Below, piece by piece: positions 1 to 9,654 of a stretch of 55,799 nucleotides of DNA. This DNA comes from an uncultured Butyrivibrio sp. Lineage in GTDB: Bacteria > Bacillota > Clostridia > Lachnospirales > Lachnospiraceae. Made by a program: the position numbers and the translations under genes. The DNA lies in contig CALWMX010000054.1 in the NCBI GenBank assembly GCA_944382105.1, positions 1 through 55,799 of the forward strand, read 5' to 3'. The notes under the pieces were generated by a model that was not told where the DNA came from, ran no database searches, and saw only the letters and a program-made list of their open reading frames with translations. Position 1 is the stretch's first letter; the number at the start of each line of letters is the position of its first letter.

Positions 1-330
1 ATTTACTGGGATTTTCACTCCCTGCTGCTGGGTATCCAGATGATGTTCAGCTTCATGCTGGTGGATGGTGACCAGCCCCTGCGCCTGTGCAAGCATTGCC
101 AGAAGGTGTTCCTGGGCAGCCGGTCCAACGCCGCCTTTTGCAGCCCACGGTGCAAAAATCAGTACAATGTCTACAAGAGCCGGGGAAAGAACCGGACTGA
201 TGGAGGTCTCGATGAATCAGCGTGGTTCTGGGACTTTCCACGTATGAAACCTGAGAAATCCTCTTTTACAAGACCGAAATCGGAGAAGTGCGGGTGGAAA
301 TCCTGCTCTGTCAGGAAAATCTCTGGCTGA
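1..330 (+). CDS. CGNR zinc-finger domain protein, 5'-partial; C-terminus probably extended by loss of native stop near 217
   Basis: Frame open from base 1; LRLCKHCQKVF...FCSPRCKNQYNVYKSR is the CxxC...CSxxC(G/K)N zinc-finger pattern. Confidence 0.75.
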   Translation: MYWDFHSLLLGIQMMFSFMLVDGDQPLRLCKHCQKVFLGSRSNAAFCSPRCKNQYNVYKSRGKNRTDGGLDESAWFWDFPRMKPEKSSFTRPKSEKCGWKSCSVRKISG

Positions 331-1244
331 CACAGGCAAAAATGGCAGAGCTGTTTGAGGTGCAGAAAGCAGCCATTTCCAAACATTTGAAAAACATTTT
401 TGAAACCGGCGAACTGAGCGAGGATTCAGTTGTTTCCAAAATGGAAACAACTGCGGCGGACGGAAAGCGGTATCAGACCAACTATTATAATCTGGATGCC
501 ATTATCGCTGTGGGGTATCGGGTAAATTCCAAGAAAGCGACCATGTTCCGTATTTGGGCGAACAAGGTGTTGAAAGAGTTCATCATCAAAGGCTATGTAA
601 TGGATGACGCACGGCTGCGAGAGCCGGAGAACTTTTTTGGCAAGGATTATTTCGAGGAACAGCTGGAGCGTATCCGGGACATCCGAGCCAGCGAGAGAAG
701 ATTTTACCAGAAAATCACGGACATCTATTCCCAGTGCAGCGCCGACTACGATGTGGAAAGCCCCATCACAAAGGAGTTTTTCGCCACGGTGCAGAATAAG
801 CTCCACTATGCGGTCACCCATCATACCGCTGCTGAGATTGTATATGGCCGTGCCGACAGCACCAAACCCAACATGGGGCTGACCACATGGAAAAATGCCC
901 CCAAAGGCCACATCCGTAAATCGGATGTCACCGTCGCCAAAAACTATCTGAACGAAACAGAAATGCGCAACCTGAACGAGATCGTCACCATGTACCTGGA
1001 CTATGCGGAACGGCAGGCCCGACGGGGAAATGTCATGTATATGGCCGATTGGGTCAAGCGGCTTGACGCATTTTTACAGTTCAATGAGGAAGATATTCTG
1101 CATGATAAAGGCAAAGTGACTGCCGCCATTGCCAAAGCCTTTGCCGAGAAAGAGTTTGAAAAGTTCCGGGTATTGCAGGACAGAACCTATCAAAGCGACT
1201 TTGACAGGCTGGTTGCGGAAACTTCGGATGACCTGGCAGAATGA
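212..1244 (+). pseudogene. rhuM: RhuM-family virulence/DNA-binding protein with disrupted 5' end (intact ORF 288-1244)
   Basis: WLTQAKMAELF, YNLDAIIAVGYRVNS, IRDIRASERRFYQKITDIY, FFATVQNKLHYA motifs; GGAGG at 202-206 plus ATG 212 are out of frame with the body, and an in-frame TGA sits at 252-254. Confidence 0.8.
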
Positions 1245-1256
1245 CCATATACACAG

Positions 1257-1301
1257 AAAGCCCACGCCTCCCGGTTCTCTTTCCGGGTGCGTGGGCTTTT
1301 T
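1257..1301. terminator. Rho-independent terminator, likely bidirectional
   Basis: AAAGCCCACGC...GCGTGGGCTTT stem followed by T tract, just after the rhuM stop. Confidence 0.8.
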
Positions 1302-1482
1302 CGTCCATCGCTTATTTCTTGTTTTGCAGCTGTTCATGGGCTTCCTGCTGGACAATCAGCCCCGCTGAAAAGCCATACAAGGCTCCTTTCGTGGGAATAT
1401 GTGATTGACAGTTACGGTAGGTTTGGGAGGCATCCCTCCTTTATCATAACTGTCTTTTCATTCGCCACAAATGAGCCGCCAG

Positions 1483-1534
1483 TCATGATGTAATGTTTTT
1501 TGGTGTATTCCACCCTCTATACATTACATCATGA
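1483..1534. repeat. Perfect 14-bp inverted repeat with 24-bp spacer
   Basis: TCATGATGTAATGT (1483-1496) / ACATTACATCATGA (1521-1534). Confidence 0.9.
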
Positions 1535-1622
1535 TTAACAATGCTGTTGCTGTCCCCCTTAATTCGTCGTCGCGCGATAAGCGGCGATAGAGGGCGGTAA
1601 TTTTGTCAGATTGCCTTAACAT
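1531..1622 (-). pseudogene. N-terminal fragment of a TnpX-type large serine recombinase
   Basis: Manual translation MLRQSDKITALYRRLSRDDEL, then after a 1-nt frameshift GDSNSIVN: the ITALYxRLSRDD..GDSNSI motif with catalytic Ser; truncated at ~1531. Confidence 0.8.
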
Positions 1623-1801
1623 AGTTTCTGCTCCATAAGGCGTAAAACCTTGTGTGGGAGGCTCCTTTCCCTGTCATAGCTACCTGTAAAGCGATAGAGC
1701 GTCCTGCCGGATTTTATCGTTACTTCATGCGTCGGCAATTCTTGAAACAGTGGATTTTCCACTACGATATGCCCGTCCTTGATTTTTCGTTTCCTTTCCA
1801 T
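1616..1801 (-). CDS. TnpW-like small transposon-encoded protein (61 aa)
   Basis: VTIKSGRTLYRFTGSY...SLPHKVLRLM resembles TnpW; purine-rich RBS; stop overlaps the recombinase start as in Tn4451-like elements. Confidence 0.55.
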   Translation of the reverse strand: MERKRKIKDGHIVVENPLFQELPTHEVTIKSGRTLYRFTGSYDRERSLPHKVLRLMEQKLC

Positions 1802-2146
1802 TCCTTTCCTTGTTTTATAATGTGATAGGTTTCGCAGCAAGCATAGGAAAAGGGTACTCTTTTCCCAAAATGCGTTACATATTGCTTGTTGGGAAATTTC
1901 CCAAACCCTCTGAAAATCCTTTCGATACCTACTACACTGCACATAGCGGTTTTGCCATAGATATTTTGAAAAAGTTTGAGAAAGTTTTCCTTACTCTCTA
2001 AAAAAGTAAAGCGAAAACTCCTAAAATGATAAGGAATTTCCGCTTTATTCATGTTGCACCCTGTATGGCAGCTACCCTATTTCAGTTTGTTAATTGATAC
2101 TGTTTTATGAGTAGCTCCCATAAGGGCTCTCTCTTGAGCTAAAGTA

Positions 2147-2186
2147 ACAAGGCGTGATCATTACAACTTTAATAATCACGCCTTGT
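2147..2186 (-). terminator. Hairpin terminator of zinc-ribbon membrane protein gene
   Basis: ACAAGGCGTGAT / ATCACGCCTTGT 12-bp stem. Confidence 0.65.
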
Positions 2187-2216
2187 AGTATTTTATGCTG
2201 TATAGGAATATATCAT

Positions 2217-3719
2217 CTACTCTTCTGAAGTTTCATCTTCGGATGTTTTATCATCAGCAGTTTCATCTTCCGCAGGCTCTGTTTCATTCTCGGTATTTGC
2301 ATCATCGGATGACTGACTGTAATCAGTAAGGCCTTCGGATATTTCATATTTGTAGCCATAGCTGTCCACATCATCTGCAATAAGCTCTTTAAACATGGTT
2401 TCCTCACTGTCATATCCCTCAAATGACAGCCATGTATTTTCAATATAGGTATATCCGCATACATAATACCATGTATCATCTGCCTCCTGCGTACCGTCTG
2501 CGCGCCTGATAATCGAATCAAGCTGAACAGGAATATAAACAGTCATCGGCTCAACATCCTCGTCATCAACAGTGAGCGTTGCAGTATAAATTATATAGAG
2601 TATATTTCCTCCATAGCGGCTTTCATCATCATATACAAGGTATGAACCGTAATACTCCGTATCGGAAAGCTCTAAACCGGAACTGTATGAATATTGATCT
2701 TCAATCTCATCAAGCGCTGATGCTTTAAGCGTATCCATCAGTTCATCGCTTATATCAGAAAGTTGGTATATATATTGGTCAACATCATCTTCTGTCATGG
2801 TATATTCCTTAGAGAGAGAAGCAAGCTTAATTCCATAGTTCTCAAGAAGCATTTCCTCATAGTAATCACCTACCGTCACCGTGACAGTGTCGCCGATTGA
2901 AAGCTCCCAGCTGTTATCCGAAATATCAAACCACACTGAATTAAGACCTTCCTCTGTGGCTGTATTATTTACAGACGCATGCGCACTGCCGTCCATTCCG
3001 CTGAATGTAACCTCGGCATAATCGAATATATCAACTTCCCTGACTTCTTCAAGTCCTTCCACTTCTACTTCATAAGGTTCAAAGCTTATTATAATATCTG
3101 CATCATCAATAACTTCCTCATCATACTTGATATCCACAGTAACCTTATCTCCGTTGGAAAGTTCGCTGTAATTATCAAGATTTACAGATGTTGTATAATA
3201 TACACTCTGAGCCTTCGCAACCACATTAGAGCTTGCCGACCTGACTTCCTTTCCCATTGCCTTAATAACTGCCTCGTAGAAATCATCATAATTGATTTGC
3301 GCATCGGCGGTTCCCATTGTGTCATATCCGCTGAATGTTACTTCTATGTATTCCTCTAAATTAACTGTCTTACGCTCAATTTCTCTTTTGTGCTGTACAT
3401 TTTTTATTATAATGACAGCGGCTACTATAATGGCTATAACCACAACCACGACGGCAATAATTATTCCGATAAACTTTTTATTTACAGGTTTTTTGACCTT
3501 CTGCTGAACCGGCATTCCCTGCGGCATTCCGTAATTTGGCATCTGCGGCATTCCGTTATAATTCTGCTACATCTGTCCGCCCTGCGGCACACTGCTGAAA
3601 TCTCCCTGCGGCACGTCGCTGTAAATCTGCTGGGACGGCTGCTCTATGGGAGTACCGCATTTAAAACAAAATTTTGAACCCGGATTATTCTCAGCTCCGC
3701 AATTCTTACAAAATGACAT
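2217..3719 (-). pseudogene. Zinc-ribbon/TM/acidic extracellular domain membrane protein interrupted by one in-frame TAG (3567-3569)
   Basis: AAGGAGG RBS then MSFCKNCG..FCFKCG zinc ribbon; same frame continues GGQM*QNYNGMPQ into ORF 2217-3551 with a TM helix and repeated VTFSGxDxxG..A domains. Confidence 0.75.
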
Positions 3720-3824
3720 ACTCTGTTCCTCCTTTGAAAACCCAGTCATATATAATGTTTGTATTTTACAATATTGTTTAATTTTAGTCAATCTATTTTA
3801 TGTTTAATGCTATAAGAATAGTAT

Positions 3825-3860
3825 AAAAATCTCCCGGAAGCTTTTCACGCTCCGGGAGAT
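3825..3860 (-). terminator. Rho-independent terminator of amidase gene
   Basis: ATCTCCCGGA stem with T tract on the minus strand. Confidence 0.75.
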
Positions 3861-3871
3861 AATATTTTTGT

Positions 3872-4846
3872 TCAGGTTGTAATATATGTGTTGTATCTGA
3901 ATCTTCTCAGCCGTCTTTCCATTCTTACCGCATTTTCGAGATTTCTGAAGGCTCCCACCTGAACCTTATATAAGTCATCCGAATAGATAATAAATGCAGG
4001 AAATCCGTCCGCCAAGGCTGAATTTAACAACCGTTCCGCATTTTCACGGCTTCTGAAGGAACCTATCTGAACCCTGTAAAGATTACTGCATACGCATTTA
4101 TCCTCCGGTTCCTGCTCTTCCTCCATAAACTGACTGTACGGGTCGTCAATTTCCCTGTCCCATGCTCCGAGAACGTCGGCCCGCCTTCTCGCATTTTCAC
4201 TCATATTTTCATCGTAGATATCTGTCTGTGAGCCGTCCTCTCTTATTGTTCTGATTTCTCTCGGAGTATCGTCTTCCCCATTATCATCCATGGCTCTGAC
4301 CGGTACAGCCGACACCGTATCATAACCTATCGTTGTAAGTATTCCCGCGGCAATGGCATTGGCTATCTGGTCAAACCGCTCGTCAAACATGGAATTATCG
4401 GCATTATTGTTGATAAAACCGTTATCAAGAAGTACCGCCGGCATTGCTGTTCTTTTTAACACAACAAGGTTAGGCCTTTCAACTATACCCAAATCCTTAA
4501 AGCCCTGCTCCACAAGATTATTCTGAATGTTTCTGGCAAGACGTTCCTTTTCTCCTCCTCCGCTGTAAATCAGCGTCTGTGCTCCCGAAGCCGTGTTTGG
4601 ATTTTCTCCGGAATTTCTGTGAAATGATATGAAATAATCCGCTCCTGCCACATTGGCGTCAGTGGCTTTTTTGAAAGGAGTCTCATATATATCATCAGTT
4701 CTGGTATATACTACATCCACACCCTTATTCTTCAGTATATCACCTACCGCCATAGCCAGCCTGAGGTTATCGTCCTTTTCCAGTCTTCCATTATAAACGG
4801 CACCTGGGTCACTTCCGCCATGTCCCGCGTCCAAAGCAATCAGCAT
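3872..4846 (-). CDS. N-acetylmuramoyl-L-alanine amidase (Amidase_3) with C-terminal SPOR repeats, CwlC-like
   Basis: LDAGHGGSDPGA..EKD, ISFHRN zinc ligands; YRVQIGSF / YKVQVGAF SPOR repeats; start at MLIALD. Confidence 0.9.
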   Translation of the reverse strand: MLIALDAGHGGSDPGAVYNGRLEKDDNLRLAMAVGDILKNKGVDVVYTRTDDIYETPFKKATDANVAGADYFISFHRNSGENPNTASGAQTLIYSGGGEKERLARNIQNNLVEQGFKDLGIVERPNLVVLKRTAMPAVLLDNGFINNNADNSMFDERFDQIANAIAAGILTTIGYDTVSAVPVRAMDDNGEDDTPREIRTIREDGSQTDIYDENMSENARRRADVLGAWDREIDDPYSQFMEEEQEPEDKCVCSNLYRVQIGSFRSRENAERLLNSALADGFPAFIIYSDDLYKVQVGAFRNLENAVRMERRLRRFRYNTYITT

Positions 4847-4891
4847 ACTTTTACCATCCTTTATATGTGAAGGCCACATAAATTATGATAT

Positions 4892-4918
4892 AAAATATGC
4901 TGATAGTTAAGAATCGTG
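4892..4918 (-). promoter_or_regulatory. Putative sigma-K (late mother-cell) promoter
   Basis: CAC-N16-CATATTTT upstream of the SPOR amidase. Confidence 0.55.
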
Positions 4919-5051
4919 ATAATGATTTCAGTTAAAAACACCCAGAAGCCATAAGGCAAGCAAAACCACGGCCGCACTTATGACAATTTTTATTACAGCC
5001 TTGATTATTATATTTCTTTTTTGTCTGGGAGTTCTGATGTCTGTTCTGAAA

Positions 5052-5549
5052 TTACTCATTATTCCGCCTTTCGTATTTGACAAACTCATAGATTATGTCA
5101 AAATATGTCCTTTCATCGCTGCCGTCCGTTATATGCCAGTTCTCATCTGTGTCAAGATTGGGAAAATGCGCATCGGCCTGATATTCGTAATCAATTTTTG
5201 TTATGTGCGCAACCTTGCAAAGCGGAAGGAACTGTCTGTAAACTGATTCGCCTCCTATCACAAATATGTCGTCATCCTCGTAATCCCTGACTGCTTCAAT
5301 CGCTTCGTCAATACTGTGGACAACAACCGCTCCCTGAACCTTATATGACATATCCGATGTGATAACCACATTCAGACGGTTTTTAAGAGGAGATTTGTTA
5401 GGAAAGCTCTCAAGAGTTTTTCTTCCCATAATCACTGCTTTGCCTGTTGTAGTTTCCCTGAACCATTTCTGATCCTCCGGTATTCTTACCAAAAGGCTGT
5501 TCCTGTATCCTATTCCCCAATTTTTGTCCACTGCAGCTATCAGATTCAT
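5052..5549 (-). CDS. folA: Dihydrofolate reductase
   Basis: IAAVDKNWGIG, VIMGRKT, PLKNRLNVV, VIGGESVY, ADAHFP. Confidence 0.97.
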   Translation of the reverse strand: MNLIAAVDKNWGIGYRNSLLVRIPEDQKWFRETTTGKAVIMGRKTLESFPNKSPLKNRLNVVITSDMSYKVQGAVVVHSIDEAIEAVRDYEDDDIFVIGGESVYRQFLPLCKVAHITKIDYEYQADAHFPNLDTDENWHITDGSDERTYFDIIYEFVKYERRNNE

Positions 5550-5570
5550 AATGAATTTCCTTTCTATATT

Positions 5571-6419
5571 TTAAATGGCAACAGGTATATTAAGCACCTG
5601 GGGCCCTGTGACGTAATTCTCAAGACTTACGTCATTGCGCGTAAATTCGTAAAAATCATGCACATCCGGATTAAGATGAAAAACAGGCGCATCATATACG
5701 GGCCTTGTTATCAGTTCTTCAATAATAGGTATATGCCTGTCATATATATGGGCATCTGCTATCACATGCACAAGCTCGCCAACGTTCATATCGCATACCT
5801 GTGCCAGCATATGTACCAGCACCGCATACTGGACAACATTCCAGTTCCCTGCCGCAAGAATATCCTGAGAGCGCTGGTTAAGGATTGCATTGAGCGTAAG
5901 CCTGTCATCACCTTTTTTCTGCGTGACGTTAAATGTCATGCTGTAAGCGCACGGATAAAGATTCATTTCATGCAAATCCTGATGTACGTATATATTGGTC
6001 ATTATCCTCCTGCTGAAAGGATTATTTTTCAAATCATATATAACTCTGTCTACCTGGTCCATCATGCCTTCACTGTATTGGTGCTTCACCCCAAGCTGAT
6101 AACCGTACGCCTTGCCGATTGAACCGTCCTCATCTGCCCATGAATCCCAGATATGGCTGTGCAGGTCATGGATGTTGTTTGATTTCTGCTGCCATATCCA
6201 CAGCAGCTCGTCCGTGGCGCTTTTGAGAGCCGTTTTCCTCAAAGTAATAATGGGAAATTCTTTGCTGAGGTCATACCTGTTGACAACCCCGAATTTCTTA
6301 ATTGTATATGCGGGAGTACCGTCCTCCCAATGGGGACGTACCTTCTCTCCCTCAGTGCTGACACCGTTGGCAAGCACATCCTTGCACATTTCAATAAAAA
6401 CCTTATCTGCGTAGCTCAT
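5571..6419 (-). CDS. thyA: Thymidylate synthase
   Basis: IWDSWAD, YGYQ, LYPCAY catalytic Cys, QRSQD, DAHIYDRH; adjacent to folA. Confidence 0.97.
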   Translation of the reverse strand: MSYADKVFIEMCKDVLANGVSTEGEKVRPHWEDGTPAYTIKKFGVVNRYDLSKEFPIITLRKTALKSATDELLWIWQQKSNNIHDLHSHIWDSWADEDGSIGKAYGYQLGVKHQYSEGMMDQVDRVIYDLKNNPFSRRIMTNIYVHQDLHEMNLYPCAYSMTFNVTQKKGDDRLTLNAILNQRSQDILAAGNWNVVQYAVLVHMLAQVCDMNVGELVHVIADAHIYDRHIPIIEELITRPVYDAPVFHLNPDVHDFYEFTRNDVSLENYVTGPQVLNIPVAI

Positions 6420-6432
6420 ATAATAAATCTCC

Positions 6433-7689
6433 TTAGTGGATATTTTGTTTTATTTTATCGAGAATCTCTACGGGAGCATACGCCTTTACCGCAATCCCCT
6501 CTTCCGTATATTCTTCACTTATGAGCTCACCGTATTTTCTTATAAGAGATATCTGACCTGCATCATTATAAGAAAAAGTTTTTTCCAGATAAATTTTGCC
6601 GTTTCTTAAAACCTGCTCAATGGCATCCTTAAGATCCTCAAGCCCCGTACCGTTTTTTGCGGATATCATGACGGTATAATCCGCCTTAAAATCCCTCACA
6701 GGAATTTTCTCTGAAAGCTTATCAGTCTTATTGAAGGCCGTAATAAGCGGTTTATCGGCCGCTCCCAGCTTTTCAAGCGTTTCATATACCGTGTGCATAC
6801 GGGCATCCATCTGCGGACCCGAAACATCCACAACATGAATAAGCATATCTGCATACACCGCCTCTTCAAGGGTACTTTTGAAAGCATCTATAAGCTGATG
6901 CGGCAGCTTGCTTATAAAACCAACCGTATCGGTAAGAAGAACCTCCTGGCCGCTTTCAAGCTTAAGGCTGCGCGTTGTAGGGTCAAGGGTTGCAAACAGC
7001 TTGTCCTCTTCAAGAACTCCGGCTCCCGTAAGCGTATTCAAAAGCGTAGATTTGCCGGCGTTGGTATATCCCACTATTGCGGCCACAGGAATGCCGTTAC
7101 GTTTCCTTTGGTTACGCGTAAGCTCACGGTGGGTTACAACATCCGCCAGTTCTTTTTTAAGCTGTCCTATTCTCTCATGGATAAGACGCCTGTCCATCTC
7201 AAGCTTGGTCTCACCGGGACCTCTCGTTCCGATGCCTCCTCCCAGTCTTGACAGCGAACTTCCAAGGCCTGCAAGTCTCGTGGAACGGTACTTCAGCTGC
7301 GCCAGCTCAACCTGTATTTTGCCTTCGCCAGTGTTTGCCCTGGCGGCAAAGATATCCAGAATTACAAGCGTCCTGTCCATTATCTTGACTTCAAGGACTT
7401 CCTCAAGATTCTTTATCTGTGCCGGGCTTAATTCATCATCGCATATTATTCCGGTAGCGTCATATTCGCATATTGCCTGACGTATTTCCTCAAGCTTGCC
7501 CTTTCCCACATATGTTCCCGGATGCACGGACTCTCTGTTCTGTATTATCCGCGCAACAGAAACGGCACCCGCCGTGGATGCCAATTCCTCTAATTCGTCA
7601 AGAGACTCTTCTGTATTATCGTTATCCGACTGCCTTACCGCAACAAGAACAACTCTTTCTTCAGCTTCCCTGGTCTCAATCATACTCAA
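6433..7689 (-). CDS. hflX: Ribosome-splitting GTPase HflX
   Basis: GGGIGTRGPGETKLE, GYTNAGKST, LFATLDPT, DTVGF, NKTD. Confidence 0.97.
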   Translation of the reverse strand: MSMIETREAEERVVLVAVRQSDNDNTEESLDELEELASTAGAVSVARIIQNRESVHPGTYVGKGKLEEIRQAICEYDATGIICDDELSPAQIKNLEEVLEVKIMDRTLVILDIFAARANTGEGKIQVELAQLKYRSTRLAGLGSSLSRLGGGIGTRGPGETKLEMDRRLIHERIGQLKKELADVVTHRELTRNQRKRNGIPVAAIVGYTNAGKSTLLNTLTGAGVLEEDKLFATLDPTTRSLKLESGQEVLLTDTVGFISKLPHQLIDAFKSTLEEAVYADMLIHVVDVSGPQMDARMHTVYETLEKLGAADKPLITAFNKTDKLSEKIPVRDFKADYTVMISAKNGTGLEDLKDAIEQVLRNGKIYLEKTFSYNDAGQISLIRKYGELISEEYTEEGIAVKAYAPVEILDKIKQNIH

Positions 7690-7710
7690 TTACCTCAAAC
7701 CGAATTCTGT

Positions 7711-8862
7711 TTATCTGGTTTTCAAAAATTCGTATTCCTTGCGTGCCGCCTTATCATTGGGATACAGCGCAAGATATTCCTCAAAGGCTTCTCTCGCTTT
7801 ATCATAATCATGAGAATATTCATAACATACCGCCTGATTAAAAAGCAGACCCTGCATTGCCTCGGTATCTCCAAGCTCGATTCCCGTCTCTATATACACA
7901 AGCGCACTGTCATATTTGCCTCTGTTAATCAAATATGCACCGTATTGATTATAGATAAAGGCATCATTGGGATGCTTTCCAAGATACTCCAGATACAGCT
8001 CATCGGCTTCGGCATAATTTTCCATCGCCTCATATGTCATGGCAAGATAGTACGCCGCCTCGTTATTGCCGTCGTTGTACTCGCTTTCAAGGTACTCTAT
8101 AGCCTTATCATAATCTCCCAGATTATAGTATGTCTTGCCGAACAGAAGTTTATCCGTGCCGTCGCCGTTGAGAAGCCTCCTCAAATAAGATTCCGCTCTT
8201 TCCACATAGCCTGCTTCTTTGAGATTGCTGTACATATTACAGTAGGTCTCATAATTATCGTCCTCATATTCGAGGGATTTCTCATAATCAAGAACCGCGT
8301 TGTTTTCATCCTTCAGACAGACATACGCGCATCCTCTCGAATAATAAAGTTCCGCCAAATCATCCTTATCGGCATGCTCAATAAGCTCTCCGTACGTCTC
8401 AACCGCAGATTCATAATCTCCGGTTATGTACTGACAGGAGGCATAATACTTCAGCGAGTCTATCTTAATCTGGTCATATTTATCCCCTGAAAGGGATACG
8501 GCTGTATCAAAAGCTTCCATTGCTTTCTCATAATCGTTCTGTCTGTAATACACTATTCCCTTGCCGCGGTACGCGTCCGCGCAGTTTCCGTCAGCCGCTA
8601 TTGCGCTGTCAAAAGTACCCAATGCTCCTTCATAATCTATAAGCTCTGCCTGAGCCATCCCGAGACTTACCAGATACTGCGCATTATCGGAATCCGTCTC
8701 TACCGCCTGCTTAAAATACTCGACTGCTCCGCTGTAATCAGCCACATTAAAACATTCCATACCATTTTTATAGTTCTGTGATGCTTTGCTGCTGCAGCCT
8801 GAGCACAAAGCAACGGACACTGCTCCCGCAAGTGCCAGATTTATAATAAAACGTGATTTCAT
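7711..8862 (-). CDS. Tetratricopeptide-repeat lipoprotein
   Basis: Signal peptide with lipobox LCSGC; multiple TPR helices (AYRGKGIVYY, YYSRGCAY, YNQYGAYL). Confidence 0.85.
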   Translation of the reverse strand: MKSRFIINLALAGAVSVALCSGCSSKASQNYKNGMECFNVADYSGAVEYFKQAVETDSDNAQYLVSLGMAQAELIDYEGALGTFDSAIAADGNCADAYRGKGIVYYRQNDYEKAMEAFDTAVSLSGDKYDQIKIDSLKYYASCQYITGDYESAVETYGELIEHADKDDLAELYYSRGCAYVCLKDENNAVLDYEKSLEYEDDNYETYCNMYSNLKEAGYVERAESYLRRLLNGDGTDKLLFGKTYYNLGDYDKAIEYLESEYNDGNNEAAYYLAMTYEAMENYAEADELYLEYLGKHPNDAFIYNQYGAYLINRGKYDSALVYIETGIELGDTEAMQGLLFNQAVCYEYSHDYDKAREAFEEYLALYPNDKAARKEYEFLKTR

Positions 8863-8997
8863 CGTATTTCTCCCACAAATTCTGTATAATATCAAATAAT
8901 ATAATATTCAAGTAAATATGCTTTATATTGTTAATTGTATCATAGTATATTAACCTCAACAAGTGGAATTTTACATAAAATTTAAATGTTTCTGTAT

Positions 8998-9597
8998 TCA
9001 CGTTATATGATATTTTTTCACTGTTCTTTCTATTTTTTTCCCTATCGGTCCGGCCAGCATAAGTAAAAATATAACATTTGATATTGCGTATATCAGCGTG
9101 TACGGTACGGCTGAAGCCACGGCAATGGCATAATACGACCATGACCATCCGTCCACCGTCCATATGACCGTATATATATCCATAAGGAACGAAAAAACAA
9201 TCCCTGCGCCGATTCCGTACACGGCCAGCATAAGCCTTCTGCTCCGGAGCGTCTCCTGCATCAGCCCGGCAGCCGCACCGATAATCCCCCAGACAAGCAT
9301 CTGAAAAGGTGTCCACGGTCCCTGACCGAAATAAAAATTGGAGATAAGCCCGGTCAATGCCCCGCAGTAAAAGCCTGCGTCCGCGCCAAGATACATTCCG
9401 CATATTACTATGATTGCCGTCACCGGTTTAAAACCCGGAAATGGCGCAAAGACAAAACGTCCCGCCACGCTCATTGCAGTCATCACCGCTATGAGCATAA
9501 TTTTGCGTACGTCCGTTTTCTTTTTTTCCATTATTACAAGCAGAATTGCACAGGCCGCAATAACCGACCATACAATTGCCAGAGCCATTGTTTTCAT
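8998..9597 (-). CDS. cbrT: ECF transporter S component, CbrT-like (cobalamin)
   Basis: PGFKPVTAII, LISNFYFGQGPWTPFQM; multiple TM helices; last gene of the cobalamin-riboswitch operon. Confidence 0.75.
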   Translation of the reverse strand: MKTMALAIVWSVIAACAILLVIMEKKKTDVRKIMLIAVMTAMSVAGRFVFAPFPGFKPVTAIIVICGMYLGADAGFYCGALTGLISNFYFGQGPWTPFQMLVWGIIGAAAGLMQETLRSRRLMLAVYGIGAGIVFSFLMDIYTVIWTVDGWSWSYYAIAVASAVPYTLIYAISNVIFLLMLAGPIGKKIERTVKKYHIT

Positions 9598-9654
9598 AGC
9601 TTAAGCCTTCTCTCATTTAAGCGTATCTTCTTTAAACATATCTTTGGGTGTATG

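Larger units (their letters stand above)
1..2130. mobile_element. Decayed integrative/mobilisable element remnant (right-hand part; continues left of window)
   Basis: CGNR gene and damaged rhuM, TnpW-like ORF, truncated serine recombinase N-terminus, inverted repeats at 1483-1534 and 2059-2126; host-like genes resume after the hairpin at 2147-2186. Confidence 0.7.

Noticed and set aside
1312-1433. Possible short minus-strand gene (RBS + ATG at 1376 or 1433)
   Set aside because: Starts and the downstream ..EQLQNKK* frame are out of register; at most an unidentifiable deletion scar
252-3569. Stop-codon reassignment suggested by in-frame TGA (252) and TAG (3567)
   Set aside because: TAG and TGA both end bona fide genes in this window (MBOAT and 33337-33621 use TAG; typA uses TGA), and both cases fit single C>T changes
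4980-5246. Hydrophobic 88-aa plus-strand ORF
   Set aside because: Largely antisense to folA, no clear RBS
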